A stretch of 63,743 nucleotides of DNA, the filler included, from Aduncisulcus paluster (Eukaryota): the NCBI GenBank assembly GCA_024181965.1. It is 7 parts of 7 records of this genome, joined end to end, with 100 filler letters (N's around TTAATTAATTAA, not from the genome) between each part and the next. Parts side by side here need not be neighbours in the genome. Positions count along the whole stretch, not along the records: positions 36,340 to 46,378 come from BQXS01009714.1; positions 46,479 to 60,276 come from BQXS01009715.1; 5 more parts are not named here. One strand, written 5' to 3'. The translations under genes and the position numbers were made by a program. Below are positions 40,606 to 52,250 of this stretch, in pieces (the stretch's first letter is position 1; each line of letters opens with the position of its first letter). The notes beneath the pieces are model-generated. The model made no database searches, was not told the origin of the DNA, and was given only the letters and a program-made list of their open reading frames with translations.

Positions 40606-42478
40606 TCAAGTGAAAAGCTGTCTAATATGTTGGATGAAATCACTTCTTCTCCTATTGGTTGAATAAGAAGGATCACTTCTCGATAAGAAGATACATCCAA
40701 TATCCCAGAGGATATCCTGAAAAGTATCAAGAGTTATGGCTGGAGTTGTATTCCACGTCACTGGTTTTAGTAATGACAATATAAGGGCCCTCCCAGGCAA
40801 ATTCGAGTTTCTTGGGTGGAGGGAACTTCCTGATTAATACGTAAGTACCTGTGGCAATGATATGGCTTACTTTGTGTTCCCTCTCACGCTTTTCAAAGAA
40901 GAGAGCACGTTCTTTACACATTTTAATGTTCTCCGTGAGCTCTTTGACGAATTCATCAACATCTTGTTTGTTCTGAGGAAGTTCGGCTTTGGATTCTTCA
41001 CGAGCTGCAGTGTAGTCAGCTATGAGAGAATTTTCACTTCGTTTGCCCATAATCAGATCAATTGGTTTACATTTTGTTGCAGAATGAGGTGTGTGATTGA
41101 TGATGTTCTGGATGATTGGGATACCCATGTCCCAATCTTCTCTATCAAGAGTGTCATGGATTAATGCTAACAAGTGACGTTTTATCTCTCTGTTGACTCT
41201 TTCAACAGCACCGTTACTCTGTGGATGGTTCGGTGAAGTGACGTGATGGACAATTCCGAAAGTGTCCCAAAGATGATCCATCAGGTAATTGACGTACTGA
41301 AGTTGATTTCGCCGGACATAATTCCGTCCATCGTGAGAAACGGTCAGTCATAACGATGATGTACTCATATCCAGATTTGCTCTGAGGAAATGGACCAACA
41401 GAATCAACACAAATTGTTTGAAATGGGCTTTCAAAGTTAGATCTGAGTCGAGAAACATTTTTGGGCTTGCCAGCTTTTAGCTTCGCACATGTAGGGCACT
41501 CTTTGATCCAGTCACGGATATCAGATGCAATTGATGGCCAGGATATATCTGCAGCCTGGATTTTAAATTGAGTAAGAGAAGACCCATGATGTCCAACCGT
41601 GGCACAGTGAAATTTTTCAAACACCTTTTTCTTCAGATCAACTCTAGCTTGGGGAATGACCTTACGACCCATTTTGTCGACCAAGAAGCCTTCCTCTACT
41701 GTGTACGCTTCTTTCTCTTCGCTTTTGAAGTGCTTTTGCATATTGATGAAGTCATCGGATAGATCTGAAAGAGATACACATAGATGTTTTGAAGATATTT
41801 CACAACCAACACGTAAAAGACCATCTGCCACGACATTTGATTTTCCCTTGACATGAAGAATGTTGAAATCAAAGTCTGCAAGGTATGTCCACCATCTTTG
41901 GACTTTTGATGATTTCGCTTTGTGCATATACAACAGATTGGCATGATCAGTTCTTAGCTCAAATTTGGTTCCTCGCAGGTAATGTTCGCACCTCTCAATG
42001 CAGTATTTGATGGCAAAGGCCTCTTTTTCATTGGTGGACCAACGTTGTTCTCTTGAAGATAAAGCCTTGCTCATGAACATGACAACTCTGGGATTTCCTT
42101 CAGATCCAGGTTGATAAAGAATTCCTCCAATTGCTTTGTCACTTTCATCTGTTTGCAAAATAATTTTTTCTTCAAAGTTAATAAAACTCAGTAATGTCCT
42201 CTTACATATGGCACGTTTGATCTCATCAAATGATTTCTGATGATGAGTGGTCCATGAGAAAACAGCCTTTTTGCTCGTCAGTTCCTGAAGAGGTGCTGCG
42301 TGAGTTGAATAGTCTTTTACAAAATTGCGAAAGAAGTTAAAGAGACCTAAAACACTCCTGACCTGGCTTTTGCTCTTGGGGGGTTGAAGTTCTTTGAGGT
42401 CTTGTATTCTCGATTCTGCCGGACGAATACCTTCTTCAGAAACTTCCCTTCCCAAAAATTCCAATGATGACACGGAGA
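40606..42478 (-). mobile_element. Degenerate Ty3/Gypsy pol: RT C-terminus, RNase H and integrase (frameshifted)
   Basis: EFLGREVS, LGLFNFFR, LQTDES, EKEAFAI, LRTDHANL, GKSNVVADGL, HHCC motif, ICVDSVGPFP, SNGAVERVN and WEGPY. Confidence 0.9.
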
Positions 42479-42546
42479 AAACAGTCTACCGAACCTAAGC
42501 AACCGTTGAAGTTCAGCAAGGGAATCATTTGTAGGATCTGTAATGT

Positions 42547-42620
42547 TTGCCGGACACCGGTGCAGATAGGTCTGTGATAAGTTCGTCTTTGGTCACGGAA
42601 CTGGAAGCTCAAGTCAAGAC
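42547..42620 (+). mobile_element. Retroviral-type aspartic protease remnant
   Basis: LPDTGADRSVIS motif. Confidence 0.5.
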
Positions 42621-42898
42621 CTCGTACAGTATAGTAAAAGTTTATTTAGATGTTATGTGTAAATCGTACATAAACCACCTAGGGACATGTCCCTTGTGGT
42701 GGGCTTGGTCCTACCTGGACATAATGTTGTGGCTGCCACTTCCTCATGCACCACCTTCATCGCCTTAATTCACCGTCACTCACCAGAGTTCCTAGGACAA
42801 TAAGGGTTCATATCGGGCAGTAGAGGGTTCAGCCTTGGATTGTTCTGTGCCTAAAAATGAGTTTCTTGGAAGGATATAATATCTGAAGTCTAAATTTC

Positions 42899-44388
42899 TT
42901 AAAGTTGCACGCGCCACTGTACTACTGAAGTCCAGAGATCTCCTTCTTTTTCGTGAGTCAACGGATCTGGAGGGGCTTTCTCTTCCGTTGCAATGCCGAA
43001 TGGCATTACTGTGTACTTGAAAGTCCCAAAAGGTGTGGTGAAAGCCGTTAGTTTCCTTGCTTTCTTTGCTAAGCTCACCTGGTGAAAACCGGATCTGAAG
43101 TCCAGTGTTCCAAAGACCGTATTTCCTTTTAGTTCTTTTAGTGCCATTTCCATGTTTGGATCAATGTGGGATGGCTTTCTGATGACCCTGTTGAGTCTTC
43201 TGTAATCGACACAAAGCCTCAATGACGTGTTTTTCTTCCTTACTAGCACTATTGGGCTAGCCCAGTCGCTTTCTGATCGTGTAATGAGTCCATCTTCGAG
43301 CAGTTTGTCCAGAGTTTCCTTGGTTATCTTCATGAGGGTGGTGAGAGGAAGCGTGTCTTGCTCTTAATTGGGATCTGATCCTCGTCGATGAGTGAGATTT
43401 CGTATGGTCTCAATCTGGATCCGTCCTTAGGCATCACCGGATTGAAGACCCTTTGGTGCCTCTTCACGATGGCCATGATGGTGTCTCTATGCTCTTCCGG
43501 GGTGCTTATTTCTTGAATTTCCTCGTGAATGTTGACCTTCCTTGGTGGGGTTAGTTCAGGCACGTCAAGTTCGTCGTCCCCGCCATTATCTTTGATCGGA
43601 TTGTCTCCCAGTGCGGATTTCATTATACCGGTGTCGAATAACCAGCGATCTCCTGCCGTAAGATCGTAGTCGTTGATTATATCGCTTACGAAGAATGTGA
43701 AGTCTGCTGTGAGTGGGTGAGTAGTGTTTCTTATCGTGAGCTGTAGTGTATGTTCCTCATCGATGGATACTGTTCTTCCGTCTCTTTGGATGTGTTTGGG
43801 TAAACAGAGTTTTTTCGTTGTTGCATAATCGCGAATCCTTTCGAATAATCGAGGGTGTATCAGATTACAATCTGTACCTGTGTCGGCCAGACCGACTACC
43901 CCGATCCCGTTGATCATACACTCCAGTTCCCTCTCTGGGATTGAACTTCCACTTTTCTTGACGGCTCTGATCTCTTCAGACTCGTCGTCTGCTTTCATTC
44001 TTCGAACTTGATTCTTATCGTCTCTCTGCTTCTTCCTACATTCTTTGATATCGTGTCCTTTCTTCTTACAGTATGAACAATATTTTCCTCTTCTCCTTGA
44101 TGACTGATTCTTTTCCTCCCTGAGGTATCGGGGATCCTTTATCTCCTCGAGAGAAGTGAGTGCCACTTCGAGTGCATCCTCGACTGATCTTATGCTTTGG
44201 ATTCGGATGTCTGCCTCTACAGCTCTTTTGACTGACTTTATCGGAATCATTGTGCTGTAGAGTTACATGGCTTCGGCAATTTGCAATTTGGTGGCTCCAG
44301 TATCATCTAAGATTTCTTTGAACTCGACTGAGAATCTCATTAATTCTTCTGGGGACAGCACTTCTTTGATCCAATTTCCTAAGCCTTG
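42899..44388 (-). mobile_element. Ty3/Gypsy gag-protease-RT fragment, frameshift near 43335, cut at the 5' side by L1
   Basis: Zinc knuckle CSYCKKKGHDIKEC; protease LADTGTD; RT motifs WASPIVLV, LRLCVDYRRLN, LDFRSGFHQ and MPFGI. Confidence 0.9.
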
Positions 44389-44480
44389 TGTTGGGAGTGA
44401 GAAGGTCTATTTTTAGAACCATCACCTCTCTCTGTTTTATTTCAATAAATGTACCAACCTTAAGCTTAGAGGTAGCAACA
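44389..44480 (+). mobile_element. Short 5' LTR-like element (L1, 92 bp)
   Basis: TGTTG...CAACA terminal inverted repeat, AATAAA, and a gag ATG 13 nt downstream. It interrupts another element's gag. Confidence 0.65.
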
Positions 44481-44493
44481 ATAATATTATTGA

Positions 44494-45735
44494 ATGCCTA
44501 AGAATGGTAAAATTGTCAAAATTGGCGTTGCCAAGTTGAAAGAAAAGGAGATCCCAGCACCTTACCTTGAGTCCCTTGATTCCGAGAACTGGGAAACTTT
44601 TCTGCGAGAGATCGAACACTACAATGCACTGGGAGGATGTCGAACGTGGCCTTTTTTATGTTCGTCAAAGGCTTTACGACTTATATCCATCATCGCAGAT
44701 ATCACGGATTTCACCTGTAGAAAGAACCGAGTTTTGGCTAAGAAGATGGTCAGCCAAGTTTATCGGGGTGCCTCACCTCAGAATCTCTCAGATGCACTTA
44801 AAAGAACAAGGATGGAGCATACACTCTCAATGAAAGCCCTATCAGACTACATTTCGGAGTTCGATACGAGTCGAAGCCTCGACCCTGACGCTTTAGAGGG
44901 GAAATCCTTTGTAAACCTCTTCATCGGAGGTCTATTCCCTTCCAGACTGAGAGTCCGCGTCCGTACGGTTATCGGCCCGGACAGCGAAGACGTCGACGAG
45001 GCGATACGACAATCCTTAATTCATGGGAGCGATTTGGTCCGATGTGTGGAAGAGGGTCGCGTTGTGCTGAAGCAACTGGACATCAAGGACCCTCCAAAAG
45101 ATCCAAAACCTTCCCAGCCGGGTCGTGACTCGAAACCCCACTTTAAGGGGAAACCGGAACCTTCAAAAGGTGCTTTTGGTGGGAAAATGAGGAACTTTCA
45201 CACTAAATTTAAGCCGAATGCCTCAAGGAAACACATTTCTGCTGGAAAACCACAAGATAATCCATCTGGCAGGAAGCCCAAGTTTGTGAAGGGAGTCTTC
45301 TGCAAGAGCTGCGATGCCGAGGGTCACTACATCTATAACTGCCCAACCCGCAGTAAAACCGACAGTAAGTATCTCTTTAATATTAACGAAACGGGTAATC
45401 CTTTTAAGACAGCATTTATTTCGAACTCGCCGGATAAGGAACACAAAGTTTCCTATTTGTTAGACACAGGAGCATCCCAGTCAGTTATTACTAGCAAAGC
45501 CGTTTCTTGTTGCGATTTGCCATCGAAATCAACACCAGTTAAAGAAGTATTCCTTGCAAACGGGAGTTCCATCCCTGTCTTAGGTTCCGTGCAGCTCAAC
45601 ATCCGCTTGTTGGGGCCTGATGGAGCGAGTATCTCTTTTCCGGATGAGTGCCTCATCATAAAAGAAGTTTCGGATAAAGCTCCCAACTTGTTAATCGGTA
45701 AGGAAAAAATCGTCTCCCATTCTTGTAGTTTATAG
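44494..45735 (+). mobile_element. Ty3/Gypsy gag-protease ORF, truncated after the protease
   Basis: Zinc knuckle CKSCDAEGHYIYNC; LLDTGASQSVI; LANGS; LLIG. Confidence 0.9.
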
Positions 45736-45742
45736 TAAGAAT

Positions 45743-45836
45743 TGTTTGATACAATTTATTAAGTAAACACAATGGATCCAGAGTCTATAATTAGACCTTG
45801 AGAATCTAAGGATTCCCAACACTACCCCCTCAGAGG
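45743..45836 (-). mobile_element. Short 3' LTR-like element (L2, 45743-45821) preceded by a PPT-like tract
   Basis: Minus strand reads GAGGGGGTAG then TGTTGGG...AAACA, with the same internal motifs as L1, L3 and L4. Confidence 0.65.
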
Positions 45837-45900
45837 CTGGTTCCACGTTGTGTCTTAGAGAGAAAACCTTGAGTAAGGGAAAAGAACTTTAAGTGCTTAC

Positions 45901-46147
45901 AGTATCACGCAGATACTCTCCTGAAATCGCGCAGATTCCAATTGGACAATAAGGGACATCACGCAGATGTTGTACAGGGATCACGCAGATCTCCTTCAGA
46001 CATTCCATCAATATCACGCAGATATTGTATCATAATCACGCAGATTAGTATGTCTTTTATGGTAGCCATATCACGCAGATATTCGGCAAGATATCCCGCA
46101 GATATCATATGGATTATATGCACTTTTTTCGCGCAGAAGGTGTGCAT
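45901..46147 (+). ncRNA. Array of nine stem-loops with a conserved C-NCGCA-G loop (putative structured RNA or ssDNA)
   Basis: Stems differ between copies but stay complementary (AGTATC/GATACT, CAATATC/GATATTG, TAATC/GATTA, GATATC/GATATC and others). Function unknown. Confidence 0.55.
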
Positions 46148-46158
46148 TTTCCATCCAT

Positions 46159-46266
46159 ATTTCATGGATATTTCATGCATGTTTCCTGAATATTTCATGG
46201 ATGTTTCATGAATATTTCATGCATGTTTCATGCATGTTTCATGCATGTTTCATGGATGTTTCATGA
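46159..46266. repeat. 11-bp tandem repeat RTTTCATGVAT, ~10 copies
   Basis: Directly readable units, for example ATTTCATGGAT, ATTTCATGCAT and GTTTCATGCAT. Confidence 0.9.
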
Positions 46267-46478
46267 CTTGAGCTATTGGACATAAAGATGCAGGATCGAG
46301 GGTTAACGCACTTAATCTATCATTAAAATTGCTTTATAACGCTTTCATTATCCTTCCTTCCCCCCTCAGAGGGAGCCTNNNNNNNNNNNNNNNNNNNNNN
46401 NNNNNNNNNNNNNNNNNNNNNNTTAATTAATTAANNNNNNNNNNNNNNNNNNNNNNNNNNNNNNNNNNNNNNNNNNNN

Positions 46479-49400
46479 GAAGATACTGTACCAAAGAACA
46501 AGAATCACAAGAAGCAAGTGAAGAGGAAGAAGAGGAAGAAGAGGAAGAAGAGGAAGAAGAGAGAGAAGAGAGAGGAGAGAGAGACCAAGATATTGTGAAT
46601 GATATTTGTTTCCATTCCCTTCCTCCATTTGAATGTGGAATAGAGTCTCTTGGTGTTAGTGAGAGTGTATCAGAATGTATCAATACTAAGGATTCTGAAC
46701 AAATATGTTTGATTTATGAAGCTATTGCGCAAAAAATACAAGAATTACAGAGAAAGGAAGAAGAGGAAGAAGAGGAAGAAGAGAGAGAAGAGAGAGGAGA
46801 GAGAGACCAAGATATTGTGAATGATATTTGTTTCCATTCCCTTCCTCCATTTGAATGTGGAATAGAGTCTCTTGGTGTTAGTGAGAGTGTATCAGAATGT
46901 ATCAATACTAAGGATTCTGAACAAATATGTTTGATTTATGAAGCTATTGCGCAAAAAATACAAGAATTACAGAGAAAGGAAGAGGAGGAAGAAGAGGAGG
47001 AGGAAGAAGAAGAGGAAGGAAAGAAGGATCAAACTGAGGAAACTTCTGTTCTTTCTCAGAAATCCAAGAGTTCCAAATTTATATCAATTTCTCACCTACC
47101 CTTTTCGGATCTTCTCAAGAACTTACCAACATTTTCTCCCTCAAAAATACTTTCCAATCTCAATGATGTTTTCACTGAGTGTTCATTTGTCACTAAATAT
47201 TGGAAAATGAACGAATCGATAAAAATAGATCACATTGAGAAAGTCCAGAATGGTCTTGAAGATCTTATTGATGTCTTGAATGAATGTGTGACAAAACGAA
47301 ACAAGAAGGAGCCATCGGATGATGATTCCACACAAGTTATTGGTCAAAGTAATAATTATGAAACCCTCGATGATTCAAATCCTAAACTTGACAAACTCAC
47401 CGCTTCCCTCTCGCTTTTCTCCTCCACTCTTGCTTCTCATGATCTATTTTTAGACTCTGACCCGAGCACTACCATTGAAGGCGTTGATAAAGATTCTCAA
47501 GGCCAACATTTGGACAAACAAACTCTATTTTTGTATTCCAAATCCACAGATATTCTTGCCAATTCCTTCATTTCCTCACTTTTTCAGTCTATAATCTCCG
47601 ATTTTAAAGAGGCTGCGAATACTCAGACTGCGTATGCATGTGTTTTGAGGAGCAATGAACAGAAAGAAGCGATTAGAATTAAATATTTGGAGAATTGGGA
47701 ACATAACGTTGAGTGGATAGTGGATGCTCTTCGAAACTGTGAACGCAGACTTGAAAATATCAAAAAATATGGAAATGCAAGTGGAATTGAAGAAGTGAAG
47801 AAGGAAGGAAGAGAAGGAAGAGAAAACAAGGGAATTGATATTTCCGATGAAGATTCTCTATTTCTACCTTCTCGATCTGTATGTTCTCACCAAATCTCCA
47901 AGCAAATTGAGGAAGTGAAGATAATCCAGAATGAAATGGCTGCAATTGCTAGGAATATTGCAACCTTGTTTTGTGATTGGGTGCTATGTGATGAGCCTCT
48001 ATTGAATTTTACTCACGTTGACGGAGTATTCACAGGCCCTACCATTCTCAAACGATTTGTTTCCCTCTCTGAGACACTCATTTCAACCCTTAATACTCTC
48101 TCAGAGATATATTTAGAACGTGAGAAAAGAGCCATTGCTGGAATTATATGTGAACACTACCTTAAACAGATTCAAATGGCCAATGCACGATTCTTTGCCT
48201 GTTTACTGGCCCTATGTGAAATGTTTGAAGATGCAAAACACAAGTTCCATTCGCTTGATCAATGCATTGAGATTCTAAATCGATTGGAAAAGTTGAAAAT
48301 CAGCGTTGAAAAGAAGGAACAAATGCTTTCTCTGATTGAAAACCTTGCTTTCCTCACTGAAGGAGTTGTTGAAGAAGATCTACGTGTTCCATTGGACGGA
48401 GATATTGATATTCTATTGCGAGATATCGGTATTAGTCCAAAAATAGATCAACTTTTGGAAGATTCTGAACAAGGAAAAGATTCCGAGCAACAACAATGTA
48501 TGGTTACGTATAATTCTCCCGTACTTTCTCATTCTATTCTTATCCAACGTTTATCTGCTTCCTCAGCCCTCTCTTTCTCCCTCTCTTCCGCACTCTCCCA
48601 GGTCCATTCCCAAGTCCAAGAAACCATCCATATGATGTCAAATCCTTCCTGTATTAAGGCTTTCAAAGTATGGGCTATAAATATACTCACAGTTTCTCAA
48701 TCTCTTGAGAAAGAATGGAATGATGTTGTAAAGAAGCAATATTTGGACATTGAGAAGAGCAAGAAGAAAAATGAATATATGATGATAGGAGCAAAAAGTG
48801 AAGGCGCGGAAGAAGAAGAAGAAGAAGAAGAAGAATCAGAAGGAGGAGAAGAAGAAGAAGCAAAAAGAGAGGATTCTTTAAGTATTCAAGAGCAAGAGGA
48901 AATGTTGTTTGGTCATACAACACGGTTGATTGCTGTATGTTCAAACATTCTCTCGAAAACAGATCAAGTTATACAAGGAATGAGTTTAGAGAACATTGTG
49001 AAGTCTCCAATCGTTGTTTTGGCTCTTAGCAGTGTATTTTCCTTGATCTCCTTGAAGCAACAAATGAAAAGCTTTTCATCTCAACAATCTGATCGGAAAG
49101 ATCAAGAAAAAGCGTGGCTCCACGCAAGAATTGTTCATTTCAAAAATATTGTCTTCTCATTGTTCGATGTTTGTAAGAAAATTACAACATTAACTTCTCT
49201 GGATGAATGCTATTCCCTTAAATTGTATGTTGAGAGTATCAGTGTCGATATCATTCAACACGACCAGTCTAAAAATAGATTAGTTGAGAAAGATAGAAGA
49301 AGAAGAAGAAGAAGGTGAAGAAAAAGAAGAGATGGGAGAAAGAGAGGAAAGAGTTCAAGCTACGAGTTTTGACTATTTATACCAACACGATAAGACACTA

Positions 49401-52016
49401 GTGTTAATGTTATCCAAGATTAATGATTTAATTGCGCATTGTCACCTTCAAATTGATACGAGAATGAAGATTATCGAATCACATCTTTCAAGTTATCACA
49501 TTTACAAGGACAAAATACACCTTTCATTGCCGATTATTCGTAATTTGGTCGAAATTAACACAAAAATCCAGAATAAGTTGGTAAAAATTACCAAATTCAC
49601 CAAAAAATTGCTTTCTCTCAGTGGTAAACAGCGTAAACTTATCAAGAAAGCTTTGTTGGATATGCCTCCTGTCCCCCCACTCTGTGCCTGTGAGACCAAT
49701 TGTGAAGTGGAAGGTGGTATTGAAGTTGTACGGGAAGTGGAATGGGTTGAACGTCAATTCTCCCTTATATCTATAAGAGATTCACACTCACACGATGCTC
49801 ATGGTGACTCTAGGCTTGGTATTGGATCTTCCACGATGTCTGTTCGGGACAGATCTCTCGATTCGAGCGGAATAGATCCTTTCCATTCTTTCTCTCCATC
49901 CCACGCCTTCTCAATAACCATGTCTCCTTCATCCGCTTCAGTTTCTTCCCAATATGCTGTGTCTCTCCCCAATTCAAAGAAATACAATGAATATGACACT
50001 CAGATACGGAGTTACATGTGTAAAATCATGGAAAATGTTATTTCTGGCGAACGTATGATTGGAAATGTGACCACTGAGATTGAAAAGGCCAAGGATATCC
50101 TCGTTCAGTGCATTCAATACATGTTTCCAATTCCATCATTGTCCTTGGAAGCAACACAATCGGATGAATCTTCCTCAAATCAACCAAAATATATCCCCAA
50201 AATACCCCAAGTTAGTCTAAATATAGAATTTGATTCCATTTATAAGTTTACTCTTGCTCAGTGTGATGATTTAGTTCCCAATTCTTTCCCTAACTTCTGC
50301 TGTGCGCTGTTTGGTTCCTTCACTGGTTGTCTTTCTGTGCTTTTCAAGGCAAGAGAATGCGTGACTAAAATTGGAAACAGTATCGGTGTGAAAAGTGTTG
50401 ATATAATGGGAGTATTGGACCAAAACACACAATCTGAAGGGATATCAAGACGAGGCGTGATTAGAGGAGGTCCGGTTTCAGTTGCAATTTCTCCTTCTTC
50501 CTTTATATCCTCTTCTGTTATTGATAATTCAGCTATTCCTCCATCTCTTCCTCCTTCTCTTCCTCCTTCTCTTCCTCCTTCTCTTCCTCCATCCAAACCT
50601 CCAAGGTCAAGAGTTCTCATCAAACCTCAGAGAGAATCTATGGTACATTCATCAGATATTTCTTGCATGTGCCAAACCTCCTCTCTTCTTCCGCTCTTAC
50701 AGTCCTTCGTATCTTATTTCTCATCTTCAATGGAATACTCTATTTCGATATCAGATTCTGTTTTGGCCCACATTCACTCAATTCTAAATTTATCGCATTC
50801 AGAAATGAGTCTTGTAAGGGGTGGATTAAGAGTGCAAGATATGGAGGAATCAAGAGAAGGATTACGCTCTTTGCCTTCAACCCAATCCTCAGCAAGTAGA
50901 AGAACATTACCATCTTCCTCACCGTTTCTAAATATAGAATCAAAATCAGAGGCTGAACAACTTTTGATTGATATGAATAATGTTCACCTTCGTTTGAGAG
51001 ATACCGGAAATATTTTGACCGTTGTCGACCGGTTCTTGACGGCAGTTATCGGCTGGGAACAGCACCAACAGGACAAACGTCCAAAACAACATGATAGACC
51101 AGAAAACAAATTCCTCTTGCAAGACAAGCCCAAGAAATCCACTCCATTTTCCGAAGATTTGAAGACAATTTTATACTGTCTTGAATTCTTCATTCAAAAA
51201 CTCCCCCAACATGGAGAAATAGAGAAAGATATTGTACAAGATGAGAAAGAATCTGAAGAAGGACGAGAAGAGAGAAGGGAAATGGGTTCTCTTTCAACCA
51301 AGGATCTCAAACCATCCTCTTTCTCATATTCTTGTATTTCACAGCTCAAAGATATTATAATATTGGACTCTCCCCTTCCTCCTTTTGTCATTTATTTTGC
51401 TTGCCACCTTCAATATATTGTTCTGTCTTTCCGTCCAACATTTGTTCATAATTCATTGGCCGTTCGTCTTTTCTTCCCAAGCTCATCGTGTATTGAGAAA
51501 GAAATCAGACTCTTGGAAGATATTGAAGAGAAAAAGAAAGAAAAACTCAAGAAAGAAAGGAGAGATCGACTTCAGCGAATGCACGGAATTGATGGAGAAG
51601 TCTGTGAGCGTTTATATATGGTGTTTGTTGCCAGAACCAAAAGATCTGTTACCAAACCAACAAAACCTATTCTTTCAATTTCAAATGCAAGAGGCAATGC
51701 ATTGAATTCGAGTGATTTATTTGTTTCTTCTGATCTAATTCCCCTCTCGTCATCCCCAAGAGCACTCACAATCACCTCTAAGCTGTCTATTGAGGAATGT
51801 GTCGACATGCTTCGTGGAATGACAAACACAGAAACCTTGGAAGCCCTGGCTTCAGTGGTTTGTGATGGATCATTCATGACTTTTGAGCAGTTTGTGTCTT
51901 TCTATCGTCTTGCATTCAGTGTTGGGGACAATATTCCTGATTGTTTGAAAGATTACTACACTCCTGCTTCGAAATTGGACGAGGACGAGGAATTTTACTC
52001 AGTCGGAGAAGTATAA
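46479..52016 (+). CDS. Very large acidic/Ser-rich hypothetical protein, 5'-truncated, frameshift near 49287
   Basis: ORFs of 907 aa and 910 aa overlap. An exact 222-bp duplication lies near the 5' end. Confidence 0.7.
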
Positions 52017-52250
52017 AATTATGAAGGGAACTGATTGATCCAATAGATGTCTATTTTTGAAGCCATTTTTAGATTGAGAAGAGGTGAATTTGTTAAAATT
52101 CTAAAAACCATTCCATTATTGTGAATTAGACTTCAGATAATTTGTTCAATCGCAAGAGATTTTGTACAATTTGTGTATAACTATAACGATCTAACTTAAC
52201 TCTTATTTTGGACAGTAAATCTTATCATATTATTTTCACTGAAAAGAGAA

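Noticed and set aside
42795-42806. 12-mer GGACAATAAGGG shared with 45944-45955
   Set aside because: An isolated 12-nt match is expected by chance in a window of this size, and the flanks do not align.
45901-46147. CRISPR interpretation of the ATCACGCAGAT repeats
   Set aside because: The repeat core is only 11 nt, spacer lengths alternate and partly form the stems, there are no cas genes, and the context is eukaryotic TE DNA.
45942-46211. Short ORFs on both strands across the hairpin and 11-mer repeats
   Set aside because: Open only because the repeats lack stops. No protein-like features.
46537-46985. 222-bp exact duplication between poly-Glu tracts
   Set aside because: Identical copies bounded by GAA/GAG repeats near a contig end; probably misassembly.
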